63,399 bases of DNA from Bacteroidota bacterium (GTDB lineage Bacteria > Bacteroidota > Bacteroidia > Bacteroidales > Paludibacteraceae): assembly GCA_041814825.1 (NCBI GenBank), contig JBGXXV010000080.1:1-63399 (forward strand), in the 5' to 3' direction. The notes under the pieces are model-generated. The model was not told the DNA's origin. It made no database searches and saw only the letters and a program-made list of their open reading frames with translations. A program made the position numbers and the translations under genes. Positions 19,570 through 29,401 of this stretch are shown one piece after another (positions within the stretch are counted from its first letter, which is position 1; every line of letters begins with the position of its first letter).

Positions 19570-20421
19570 ATGAGTGTTAGCAAAACCATTGTATTAAAAG
19601 GTAAGGTTTTTAGTTTCCAAAGACCGTTGGTAATGGCTATTATCAATATCACGCCCGACTCTTTTTTTGAGGGTAGCAGAGCCGATTCGACAGACGATAT
19701 TTTGAAGATGGTAGAGAGTGCCGTCGCCCAAGGAGCTGATATTATTGATATTGGAGGATACTCTACACGTCCCAATGCCGAGTTTGTTAGTGAAGACGAA
19801 GAGAGCCGCAGGGTATGCCTCGCTTTGGATACTATTCGCAAAAGGTATGCAGATATACCAATATCCATCGATACGTTTCGGGCAAAGGTGGCTTCGAGGG
19901 CAGTTTTAGAGTATGGAGTGGATATTATCAACGATATTTCGGGGGGCAATATCGACTCCGATATGTTCGGCACAGTGGCCGAGCTAAACGTACCTTATAT
20001 ACTGATGCACACGAGAGGTACGCCACAGACTATGATGCAGATGATCGACTACGACGATATAGTATCTGATGTCTTAAAATACTTTGCCAACAAGATAGAG
20101 AGCCTTCGCCGGTTGGGATTTGTCTCCGATATAGTATTAGACCTCGGTTTCGGATTTGCCAAAACTACGGAACAAAACTATCGTCTATTGGCAAACCAAA
20201 AAGTATTTGAGTGTTTCGGATTGCCTATACTATCGGGGGTCTCTCGCAAGTCGATGATCAATCGGGTACTGGACATTACTCCGCAATATGCCCTAAACGG
20301 CACTACCGTAGCCAACACATTAGCCCTACTCAACGGTGCCGATATACTTAGAGTACACGACGTACGCGAGGCGGTAGAGGCTATCAAGATAGTAGAGTAT
20401 TACAAGAAAAGCCAAAGATAA
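19570..20421 (+). CDS. folP: Dihydropteroate synthase
   Basis: INITPDSF, DIGGYSTRP, SIDTF, INDISGG, GFGFAK, SRKS and LRVHDV motifs. Confidence 0.96.
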   Translation: MSVSKTIVLKGKVFSFQRPLVMAIINITPDSFFEGSRADSTDDILKMVESAVAQGADIIDIGGYSTRPNAEFVSEDEESRRVCLALDTIRKRYADIPISIDTFRAKVASRAVLEYGVDIINDISGGNIDSDMFGTVAELNVPYILMHTRGTPQTMMQMIDYDDIVSDVLKYFANKIESLRRLGFVSDIVLDLGFGFAKTTEQNYRLLANQKVFECFGLPILSGVSRKSMINRVLDITPQYALNGTTVANTLALLNGADILRVHDVREAVEAIKIVEYYKKSQR

Positions 20422-20942
20422 AACTATATTTAGTATTAGGAGAGAATACAAATATAACTATCTGATTAACAGCAAACAAGCCTCATATCTGTTTGGTGTT
20501 TGCCTTAGAGATTTGCTTATATAGCAACGAAGCCTATCTCTATCAGCAAACAATAAATTTTTTGAAGTTAATTTTCATTGTTATCCTATATATTATCAAC
20601 TGTCAATCGTACCAAAACTCCAATCACGTTTTATTATATTTTAGTTTAATTTTGGGCAGACAGCCCCAATGAAATATCAGACATTCCGACTACTGTCTCA
20701 CATTTTTTTTCTGATGCGTAATACAGAGGAAACCTTAATAACCCGATAGACAAACTCACAAGATAAGCCTCTTTCACAACAAAAGCATATATCTCTCTGC
20801 ATATTAAAACATTACTAATCGACATTGATTTTTCATCGGACAGTAATGAATTTTATATAAACAATTAGTTTAATGATTAATTTAAGTTTATCCCGCGGAT
20901 ACCGGAAGAGGGAAGTTTTCAGGCATTTGCAAAAAACAAAAC

Positions 20943-20976
20943 AGAGGTTGCGTTTTGTAGGCAACCTCCGTTTTTT
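20943..20976. terminator. Terminator downstream of gdhA
   Basis: GAGGTTGC/GCAACCTC stem with A and T runs on either side. Confidence 0.65.
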
Positions 20977-20999
20977 ATATAATGATAAGTTTATGATGA

Positions 21000-22340
21000 T
21001 TAAATAACACCTTGCTCTTTCATTGCGATGGCCACTTTCATGAAACCTGCAATATTAGCACCCTTAACGTAGTTGATATAGCCCTCTTCCTGACCATATT
21101 TTACGCAAGCATTGTGAATCGATTCCATGATTTGGTGAAGTCTTTCGTCAACCTCCTCGCTTGTCCAAGACAGATGGATAGCATTTTGAGTCATTTCCAA
21201 ACCTGATGTAGCCACACCTCCGGCGTTCACAGCCTTACCCGGGGCAAAAGGCACCTTTTTGTCTTGGAATGCTTTGATAGCCTCAGGGGTACAACCCATA
21301 TTGGAGATTTCGGCTACAAGTTTCACTCCGTTGTTGATGAGTGTTTGAGCATCGTCGCCGTTAAGCTCGTTTTGGAAAGCACAAGGAAGAGCAATATCGC
21401 ACGGGATAATCCATACTTTTTTGCCTGCTGTGAACTTGCTTTCGCTTGCGAATTTTTTAGCGAAAGGCTCAACGATATTTTGGTTAGACGCACGGAGTTC
21501 GAGCATATAATCAATCATTTCGTCAGTCATACCGTTTGGTACTTCGACACAACCGTCAGGACCTGACAGACCGATTACTTTAGCTCCGAGTTGAGTAGCT
21601 TTTTGAGCAGCTCCCCAAGCCACGTTACCGAAGCCCGAAACGATTACACGCTGACCAACGATAGAGCGGTTCAATTTTTTGAGCATATGCTCTACGAAGT
21701 AAAGACCACCGTAACCGGTTGCTTCAGGACGAATCAACGAACCACCCCAGTTGATGCTTTTACCTGTAATAACACCTGTGTTATACTCACGAGCCAATTT
21801 TTTGTACATACCGTACATATAACCGATTTCGCGAGCACCTACACCTACATCACCTGCCGGAACGTCGGTATCAGGACCGATATTTTGCCACAATTCGAGC
21901 ATAAAAGCGTGGCAGAAACGCATTATTTCGGCATCCGATTTACCTGTCGGGTCGAAGTCCGAACCGCCTTTTGCACCGCCCATAGGCAATGTTGTCAAAG
22001 CGTTTTTGAAAGTCTGTTCGAAACCCAAGAACTTCAACATCGACAAGTTTACGGCTTTGTGGAAACGCAAACCGCCTTTGTAAGGTCCGATAGCAGAGTT
22101 GAACTGTACTCTGTAACCGATGTTGGTTTGCACTTCGCCTTTGTCGTCAACCCAGTCAACACGGAATGTGAAGATTCTGTCCGGTTCAACGATACGTTCA
22201 ACGATTTTTGCTTTCTCAAACTCAGGGTGTTGGTTGTAAATCTCTTCAATAGACTCCAACACTTCGTGCACTGCCTGTAAATACTCTTTTTCACCAGGGT
22301 GTTTTGCCTCCAACGAGGCCATAATTTTTTTTACATCCAT
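21000..22340 (-). CDS. gdhA: NAD(P)-specific glutamate dehydrogenase
   Basis: GPYKGGLRFH, LPMGGAKGGSDF, DVPAGDVGVG, RPEATGYG and NAGGVATSGLEM motifs. Confidence 0.96.
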   Translation of the reverse strand: MDVKKIMASLEAKHPGEKEYLQAVHEVLESIEEIYNQHPEFEKAKIVERIVEPDRIFTFRVDWVDDKGEVQTNIGYRVQFNSAIGPYKGGLRFHKAVNLSMLKFLGFEQTFKNALTTLPMGGAKGGSDFDPTGKSDAEIMRFCHAFMLELWQNIGPDTDVPAGDVGVGAREIGYMYGMYKKLAREYNTGVITGKSINWGGSLIRPEATGYGGLYFVEHMLKKLNRSIVGQRVIVSGFGNVAWGAAQKATQLGAKVIGLSGPDGCVEVPNGMTDEMIDYMLELRASNQNIVEPFAKKFASESKFTAGKKVWIIPCDIALPCAFQNELNGDDAQTLINNGVKLVAEISNMGCTPEAIKAFQDKKVPFAPGKAVNAGGVATSGLEMTQNAIHLSWTSEEVDERLHQIMESIHNACVKYGQEEGYINYVKGANIAGFMKVAIAMKEQGVI

Positions 22341-22543
22341 AATAGTAATAAAATTTAAAAAATATCTATTTAATTATATATTAATCAACCGCTTAAACTA
22401 TAGCTTTACTTTACAAGCGAATAATTTACAAAATTACGTAATTGTATTTAATTAAACAAATAAAAAATCATGATTTTAGGTGCAAAAAAATCACATTTAT
22501 ACACTATAATAATAAAAAAAATATTACCTTTGCAAACTAAATT

Positions 22544-22619
<76 letters not shown>

Positions 22620-22632
22620 ATACATAAGGTTT

Positions 22633-22715
22633 GCCCAGGTGGTGGAATGGTAGACACGAAGGACTTAAAATCCTTTGGCCTCACGGCTGTGCGGGTTCAA
22701 GTCCCGCCCCGGGTA
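22633..22715 (+). tRNA. tRNA-Leu(TAA)
   Basis: GCCCAGGTGGTGGAATGGTAGACACGAAGGACTTAAAATCCTT..GCGGGTTCAAGTCCCGCCCCGGGTA; long variable arm; anticodon TAA. Confidence 0.93.
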
Positions 22716-22856
22716 CGAAGATGGAACTTATCTTTTTGAAAATCATTGCGGTTTTTGGAAGATAAGTTTTTCTTTTGGAGTCGTTTTGGGAGTATTTGCC
22801 CGAAAAAACATTGTGGCAAGATGAGCTTATCCAAGACAAATACTGTCTGATTTGGC

Positions 22857-24320
22857 TTAAATTCGTATAAAATCTATTAAATCATCAGAATTGATACTTT
22901 CGCCCGAAAAAGCTTCGGTTGCCTTTTCGCCCGCAATTCCGTGATAATATACACCCATACAGGCAGATATGTGTGGAGAATACCCACGAGCCAAAAGACC
23001 TGAAATTAGCCCTGTTAGTACGTCGCCTGTACCGGCCTTCGCCATAAAAGCATTACCCGTAGAATTGAACCATATATCTCCGTTCGGACAGCAAATCATC
23101 GTATGGGCTCCTTTGACAACGAACAAAACATTATACTCTCGTGCAAAAGCCCTGACTTTGTCGATTTTGTCTTTATCGTCAGACCAATCGCCTATAAGTC
23201 GTCTAAGTTCGCCGAGATGTGGCGTTAAAATAGAATATCCGGGGATATCTTTTAGCAGATAGCGATTGGTTGCCAAAATACTGATAGCGTCGGCGTCTAT
23301 TACGATAGGGCGATTGTATCTGCGTAACAGTTGTTTGACTAAATCGAGAGTTTGGGCATTTTGCCCCACTCCACAACCGATGCCGACAGATGTGTATTTT
23401 TCGAGATCGGAAGGGAGTCGCCTCAAACCATCTGTATGCCAACCCCAAGTAAGAGCCGAAGGATATCTTGATAGTAATGACGGCACATATTCCAATGGCA
23501 ACGAAACAACAACATAACCACAACCCGATCTCAAAGCTGCACCGGCAGCCAAAAAAGCAGCCCCTGCCATACCCTCCGACCCACATACCAAAAGCGTATG
23601 CCCATAATCGCCTTTGTGCGAAAATTTAGGTCGTCGCAGACTATTGTTAGCAACAAAATGGCTGTCTATATAATAAAAATCGGTCTTCACATTATTTAGA
23701 AATTTACTGTCCAGACCAATATCAATTATCTCAAGCTCACCGCAAGCATTACCTGCTTCGGGCAACATAAAAGCTAACTTAGGGCTTTGGATAGTAAGGG
23801 TAAGGTCTGCATGTAATACCCTATCATAGAGATTGTTATACTCCGACGACATAGCCGAAGGCATATCAACAGACACCTTATAGTTAGGTAAGCTGTTGAT
23901 ATGGTCGATTACTGTAAGAATATAATCGTTGACACTACCACGAAATCCCGACCCAAGTATGGCATCTATCAATATTTCGTCATCATCTATATCACACGGA
24001 TATTGACGGATTTCGATATCAGAGGGCAATCGAGCAAGATTGACTGCACTATTTTCATTCAGTTCGTCGGCGGGGAAAATCATTACCACCTTACAGCGAA
24101 AACCCATACGGCTCAATATACGAGCCATAGCCAAGCCATCTCCGCCATTATTACCTTTACCAATCAGAAAAGTTAGTTTTGCCCCTGCCGACAATCGCCT
24201 TTGCAGCGACCTCGAAAGCCTTTTGGCTGCCCTCTCCATAAGAGCCAAAGACTCTATCGGCTCATTTTGTATCGTATATCTATCCCATTCGGATATTTGC
24301 CGGGCTGTAAGTATTTTCAT
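22857..24320 (-). CDS. nnr: Bifunctional NAD(P)H-hydrate epimerase/dehydratase
   Basis: LMERAA, GKGNNGGDG, DAILGSG, SHKGDYG, VIDADA, LTPHLGE and AKAGTGDVL motifs; start taken at MKILTARQI. Confidence 0.93.
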   Translation of the reverse strand: MKILTARQISEWDRYTIQNEPIESLALMERAAKRLSRSLQRRLSAGAKLTFLIGKGNNGGDGLAMARILSRMGFRCKVVMIFPADELNENSAVNLARLPSDIEIRQYPCDIDDDEILIDAILGSGFRGSVNDYILTVIDHINSLPNYKVSVDMPSAMSSEYNNLYDRVLHADLTLTIQSPKLAFMLPEAGNACGELEIIDIGLDSKFLNNVKTDFYYIDSHFVANNSLRRPKFSHKGDYGHTLLVCGSEGMAGAAFLAAGAALRSGCGYVVVSLPLEYVPSLLSRYPSALTWGWHTDGLRRLPSDLEKYTSVGIGCGVGQNAQTLDLVKQLLRRYNRPIVIDADAISILATNRYLLKDIPGYSILTPHLGELRRLIGDWSDDKDKIDKVRAFAREYNVLFVVKGAHTMICCPNGDIWFNSTGNAFMAKAGTGDVLTGLISGLLARGYSPHISACMGVYYHGIAGEKATEAFSGESINSDDLIDFIRI

Positions 24321-24343
24321 ATCGGTCGGTTTGTATTGATACA

Positions 24344-26332
24344 CTATATTTTCTTAAAAATAAGCCTTACCGAATTCAATATAGCAAGCAGGGCTACACC
24401 CACATCGGCAAAGACAGCAAGCCACATCGACGCATAGCCCAAAGCTCCGAGCAACATTATAACAGCTTTTATTCCGAGAGCCAGTATTATATTCTGAACG
24501 ACAATCGATTGTGTCGATTTAGCTATTTTAATAGCAGTAGCAATAGAGGTTACATTATCTGTCTGTATTACCATATCGGCTACCTCTATAGCAGCCTGAG
24601 AGCCAAGCGAACCTATCGCCACACCGACATCGCTCAAAGCCAGCGCCGGCGAATCGTTGATACCATCACCCACATAAGCTACTACGTTGTTTTTGTCAGC
24701 CTTCAATTTCTCTATAACTTTTACTTTATCTTCGGGCAAAAGATTGCCGTACACAAGGTCTATTTGTACCTCTTTGCCTACTTTTTGGGCTATAGCATCG
24801 TTGTCGCCCGATAGCATTAATGTTTTTATATTACCCGCTTTCTTTAACATCGTCATAAGCTTAGACGACTCTTGCCTAAGTTCGTCTGCAATAATTATAT
24901 ATCCGGCAAAAATCTCGTCTATGGAGACCAATATTTTGGTTTCAACCATATCGTCTATTGTTTTATCGAAAGCAATATTATTGTTTTTCAGCAATTCAGA
25001 ATTACCTACCAATACTTTTTTACCATTTATATAGGCTTGCAGCCCTTGACCCGCAATCTCTTTGAGCTGCTCCATACTACCTTTGAAAGTTATCTCTTTG
25101 GTTCGGGCAAAATCTACAATTGCTTTAGCAATAGGATGATTGGAGTGTTTCTCTATCTCGGCTACAAGTGCAATAAATTCGTCGTCGGATAGTGTTAAAC
25201 TCTCTATATGTTTCACTGTAAATGTCCCTTTGGTAAGTGTTCCTGTTTTGTCGAAAGCGATATGAGTAAGATTAGTAAGAGTCTCCATATAATTGGCCCC
25301 TTTGAATAGTATTCCGTTTTTCGACGCAAGTCCTATACCGCTAAAATAGCCCAGAGGCACAGAGATAACCAAAGCACAAGGGCAAGAGATAACCAAGAAT
25401 ACAAGACCTCTGTACAGCCATTCGGACACAAGATATTCATCGACAAACAACGCCGGCAAAAACGTAATAAGAAGAGCCAAAGCAAACACAATCGGGGTAT
25501 AAACCCTCGCAAATTTGCGGATAAAAAGTTCCGCCTTGGCTTTGCGAGATATGGCATTTTGTGTCAGATACAATATCTTTGCCAGAGAGCTGTCTTCATA
25601 CGCTTTATCTACCTCTATTTCGGACATATAGTCTATATTAATCATACCAGCCAATACTCTTTGTCCTTTGCGTATGGTCTTAGGCACACTCTCGCCCGTA
25701 AGAGCCGATGTATTAAACGACGATTTGTCGTTGAGTATAACACCGTCTAACGGCACCTTGTCGCCTACCCGAACCCGTATAACCTCTCCTATCCGTACAT
25801 TTCGCGGAGCATCTTCTACAAAAACACCGTTTCGTTTGACCAATGCCTTGTCGGGACGAATATCGAGCAACGATTTGATACTACCCTTAGCACGATTTAC
25901 CGCCATCTCTTGAAATATTTCTCCGACAGTATAAAAAAGCATTACACCGACCGCCTCGGGATACTCTCCGATACAGAAAGCACCTATTGTGGCGAGACTC
26001 ATCAGAGAAAATTCGTTGAAAAAATCTCTGTTCAAAAACTCTTTAAATGTGTTTATTAAGACCGGCGTAGCTACTACCAAATAAGCGATAACAAACCAAA
26101 TAAGCTTGATATATCCATCAAAAAAAGGCATCACTTGGTAGTCGAACCACACACCGAGCAAAAGTAACACAAAGCTCACTCCCACAGGTAACCAACGTGT
26201 GTTACTATCGCTGTGAGTGTGTTGTTCGGTGTCGTTTGTGTCCATCTCGCAGCTACACGAACATTTACTCGACATATCATTATACTGATTGTTGTCTCCA
26301 CAACAATATTTATCGTCTGTATGGTGTATCAT
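24344..26332 (-). CDS. cadA: Heavy-metal (Zn/Cd/Co) translocating P1B-type ATPase
   Basis: LTGESVP, SCPCAL, FDKTGTLT, SNHPIA and VGDGINDSP motifs; Cys/His-rich N-terminus; alternative TTG start at 26347. Confidence 0.92.
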   Translation of the reverse strand: MIHHTDDKYCCGDNNQYNDMSSKCSCSCEMDTNDTEQHTHSDSNTRWLPVGVSFVLLLLGVWFDYQVMPFFDGYIKLIWFVIAYLVVATPVLINTFKEFLNRDFFNEFSLMSLATIGAFCIGEYPEAVGVMLFYTVGEIFQEMAVNRAKGSIKSLLDIRPDKALVKRNGVFVEDAPRNVRIGEVIRVRVGDKVPLDGVILNDKSSFNTSALTGESVPKTIRKGQRVLAGMINIDYMSEIEVDKAYEDSSLAKILYLTQNAISRKAKAELFIRKFARVYTPIVFALALLITFLPALFVDEYLVSEWLYRGLVFLVISCPCALVISVPLGYFSGIGLASKNGILFKGANYMETLTNLTHIAFDKTGTLTKGTFTVKHIESLTLSDDEFIALVAEIEKHSNHPIAKAIVDFARTKEITFKGSMEQLKEIAGQGLQAYINGKKVLVGNSELLKNNNIAFDKTIDDMVETKILVSIDEIFAGYIIIADELRQESSKLMTMLKKAGNIKTLMLSGDNDAIAQKVGKEVQIDLVYGNLLPEDKVKVIEKLKADKNNVVAYVGDGINDSPALALSDVGVAIGSLGSQAAIEVADMVIQTDNVTSIATAIKIAKSTQSIVVQNIILALGIKAVIMLLGALGYASMWLAVFADVGVALLAILNSVRLIFKKI

Positions 26333-26400
26333 ATCTATGAATTTCAATCGATTAACTAAAAAAACTTAAATATATTGCAACACAAAGTTAGTTGATATTA

Positions 26401-26419
26401 TTTGCAATCGGGTTGCAAA
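26401..26419. promoter_or_regulatory. Palindromic candidate operator upstream of the metal ATPase
   Basis: TTTGCAA-TCGGG-TTGCAAA perfect 7-5-7 palindrome just upstream of a minus-strand TAACTTTG -7 element (26383-26390). Confidence 0.55.
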
Positions 26420-26442
26420 GTCTGCTGCCACTCCAAAGGAGG

Positions 26443-26850
26443 CTATTTATTGCAATCCTTACATACACCCTTTATAACAAAATTGATACTCGAAAGCAGA
26501 TAACCTTCGGGTAGCGACACTTTCGGTATTCTGGTCGAGGTTTGGCAAAAGGTATTTCCACATTTTTGACAATAAAAGTGCGGATGCAAATCCTCTATTT
26601 CCGAACAACAGTGATTGCCGCACAACGAATATTTTACCGACCCAGAACCGTCGTCTATGGTATGTATCAGATGATTGTTGTGAAAAAGAGTCAGAGTTCG
26701 GAAAATAGTAGATTTGTCCACTGTTTGCAATTTGTTTTCGAGCATATACAAAGAAAAAGCCTGCCTAAACTGCAATATCTCTTTTAGTACCAAGAGTCTA
26801 ATGGCAGTAGGTCTTATATCTCTCTGTTTCAAAATAGCCTCGAAATCCAT
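26443..26850 (-). CDS. Fur family transcriptional regulator
   Basis: IRPTAIR, DKSTIFRTL, IHTIDDGSG, HPHFYCQKC and C-terminal GVCKDC; start at MDFEAIL because a -7 element overlaps the longer ORF start. Confidence 0.9.
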   Translation of the reverse strand: MDFEAILKQRDIRPTAIRLLVLKEILQFRQAFSLYMLENKLQTVDKSTIFRTLTLFHNNHLIHTIDDGSGSVKYSLCGNHCCSEIEDLHPHFYCQKCGNTFCQTSTRIPKVSLPEGYLLSSINFVIKGVCKDCNK

Positions 26851-26890
26851 ATATTTTTTTTTGCAAAGGTACAAAAAATAAAATCAAAAA

Positions 26891-26918
26891 AAGCTATCCG
26901 CAAAACACGGATAGCCTT
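26891..26918 (-). terminator. Terminator after tsf
   Basis: GCTATCCG/CGGATAGC stem preceded by an A run (U run on the minus strand). Confidence 0.7.
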
Positions 26919-26939
26919 ACCTATAATCTAATCAACAAA

Positions 26940-27758
26940 TTACTCTTGGTTCAATGTTACACGTTTGAAATCTGTAGGCATAGCATTGTTTGCTTTGGCA
27001 TATTGCTCTACTGTCATTTTGTTGTCCTTGATAAACTCTTGCGAAAGAAGTGTAGCCTCTTTAAAGAATTTAGCCAAACGTCCTTGGGCTATATTTTCGA
27101 TAATATTTTCGGGTTTGCCCTCCTGACGAGCTTTATCTCTACCTATTTCGAGCTCCTGACTTATAATCTTTTCGGGAATACCCTCTTTGGTAAGAGATAT
27201 GGGGTTCATCGAAGCCACCTGCATAGCAATGTCGCGTGCTACCTGACGTTCAACGTTAGCCTGTTCGAAAGCCACAATAGTCGAAAGTTTGTTTCCGGTA
27301 TGGTTGTACTCTACCACCGAAGCACCTTTTACAAACTCGTAGTATCCGAGCTCCATTTTTTCGCCTGTAACGCCCGAACGCTCAGTTATAAGGTCTTGAA
27401 GAGTTCTACCCTCAATAGCAAAATTCAACAATTCTTCTAATGTTGCAGGTTGTTTGTCCAAAGCAACTTCAAGAATTTTTTTAGTTAAACCTACGAAATC
27501 TTCATTTTTAGCGACGAAGTCCGTTTCACATTTTACAGCTACTATTGCCGCAAAACCATCTTTAATACCCGAAAGCACACAACCTTCGGCTGCTTCTCTG
27601 TCGCTACGTTTAGCCGCTATTGCCTGTCCGCGTTTGCGAATAAGCTCTATTGCCTTTTCCATATCGCCGTTTGCCTCTGTAAGAGCGTTCTTACAGTCCA
27701 TCATTCCGGCGCCTGTCATTGTGCGGAGTTTCTGTATATCCGCCATTGTTACTGCCAT
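26940..27758 (-). CDS. tsf: Translation elongation factor Ts
   Basis: LRTMTGAGMMDCKNAL, CETDFVA and AMQVASMNP motifs. Confidence 0.98.
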   Translation of the reverse strand: MAVTMADIQKLRTMTGAGMMDCKNALTEANGDMEKAIELIRKRGQAIAAKRSDREAAEGCVLSGIKDGFAAIVAVKCETDFVAKNEDFVGLTKKILEVALDKQPATLEELLNFAIEGRTLQDLITERSGVTGEKMELGYYEFVKGASVVEYNHTGNKLSTIVAFEQANVERQVARDIAMQVASMNPISLTKEGIPEKIISQELEIGRDKARQEGKPENIIENIAQGRLAKFFKEATLLSQEFIKDNKMTVEQYAKANNAMPTDFKRVTLNQE

Positions 27759-27874
27759 ATTATTAATATTTTAGATGTTTTGTTAATTATACATTTATAA
27801 TAATAAGCGTTACCAATCACATATTAATGTGAGAGCAACGCTCATTCTATTTTTTCTGATTTTATAATAAAAAT

Positions 27875-28690
27875 TTACTCTTCGTTGCCTTCACTTTTTG
27901 TTTCGTTGCTACCCTCTGCTTCACGACGAGTACGTCTGGCACGAGCGCGTCTTTCGCCTTTCACTTCGATAGTCGAAGGAGTATCCTCTTCGGCTTTGTC
28001 CATTTTGAGTTCTTGTCTTCCCTCTTTGATAGCATCTACCATAATAGACAAAACAATGTCTATGGCTTTTGTGGCATCGTCGTTGCAAGGTATTACAAAA
28101 TCGATATTGGTTGGGTCCGAATTGGTATCTACTATACCAAAAACCGGTATGCCAAGTTTGTTTGCTTCTGCCACAGCGATGTGTTCTTTCATAACATCAA
28201 CCACAAATATGGCAGCCGGAATTCTTGTCATATCCGAAATAGAACCGAGGTTTAGCTCGAGTTTCTCACGCTGACGACTTATTTGAAGTCTTTCGCGTTT
28301 TGACATAGTGTCCAAAGTACCGTCTGTGGCCATTTTGTCGATGGCATCCATCTTTTTTACAGCTTTACGGATTGTTTGAAAGTTGGTAAGCATACCTCCT
28401 GCCCAACGCTCTGTAATAAACGGCATACCTGCTTCCATAGCTTTATCGGCAACAATTTGTTTTGCTTGCTTTTTGGTAGCTACAAATAGAATTTTCTTGT
28501 CCGATTTGGCAATCTGACGAATTGCTTTGGCTGCCTCTTCTATTTTGGCAACTGTTTTGTGTAGGTCGATAATGTGAATACCGTTACGTTCCATAAAGAT
28601 GTAAGGAGCCATCGACGGATTCCACTTCCTTTTCATATGCCCGAAATGAGCACCTGCTTCTAATAACTCTTCAAAGTTTGTTTGACGCAT
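27875..28690 (-). CDS. rpsB: 30S ribosomal protein S2
   Basis: AGAHFGH..RKWNP.M, RWAGGMLTNF and VDTNSDP..IPCNDD motifs. Confidence 0.98.
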   Translation of the reverse strand: MRQTNFEELLEAGAHFGHMKRKWNPSMAPYIFMERNGIHIIDLHKTVAKIEEAAKAIRQIAKSDKKILFVATKKQAKQIVADKAMEAGMPFITERWAGGMLTNFQTIRKAVKKMDAIDKMATDGTLDTMSKRERLQISRQREKLELNLGSISDMTRIPAAIFVVDVMKEHIAVAEANKLGIPVFGIVDTNSDPTNIDFVIPCNDDATKAIDIVLSIMVDAIKEGRQELKMDKAEEDTPSTIEVKGERRARARRTRREAEGSNETKSEGNEE

Positions 28691-28707
28691 TTTTTAATTA
28701 TTTTTTA

Positions 28708-28792
28708 TGTTTACATTCTTTTTAGCAGAGCCAATCTTTGAGTAGTCTCACCCGCACAAAAGCAAGAATCTTAAAGATTTAGATACTAAACA
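28708..28792 (-). promoter_or_regulatory. Structured 5' leader of rpsB (candidate S2 autoregulatory element)
   Basis: Nested stems UGUUUA/UAAACA and AAUCUUU/AAAGAUU between a -7 element (28814-28821) and the start codon. Confidence 0.5.
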
Positions 28793-29148
28793 TTATTTAT
28801 TAAAATCGAAATGCAAAAATAATACTTTTTTTTGTTACACCCAAATATTATTTCGCACAAAAGATAACGGTATCGTAAACAGGATTAGTTTCGGTAAGTT
28901 CGAAGGCAACCATCATACTATTAGGTATCGGGTATCAACCTCAACTATCCGACATAACTTCTTTTATCCCATTGTGAACCTATTACTATGTAAAAAATCG
29001 ACATTATCGTATTATAGAGAAACTATTCTAAGAAATTCACACAGAAAAAATCAGAGTATTGTCTCCATTAATTATTTCTCTCGCTCTTGTGTTTTGACAA
29101 GCGAAATAAGATTTTTTTATGATTCTACTCATAAAAAGGCGTTATTCA

Positions 29149-29367
29149 TCACTTATATCTAAACGAAATTCTTCCCTTAGACAGGTCGTATGGCGACATC
29201 TCTACCTTTACCTTGTCGCCCGGCAGTATTCTGATATAGTGCATACGCATCTTACCCGATATATGAGCTATTATTTCGTGTCCATTCTGCAATTTCACAC
29301 GAAACATTGCGTTAGAAAGAGCTTCTAAGATAGTACCGTCTATTTCTATTGCCTCTTGTTTTGCCAT
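29149..29367 (-). CDS. infA: Translation initiation factor IF-1
   Basis: [44 protein letters not shown]. Confidence 0.98.
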   Translation of the reverse strand: MAKQEAIEIDGTILEALSNAMFRVKLQNGHEIIAHISGKMRMHYIRILPGDKVKVEMSPYDLSKGRISFRYK

Positions 29368-29401
29368 AGATTATTAATAATTTTATTTTGTGTTACGTAA
29401 T

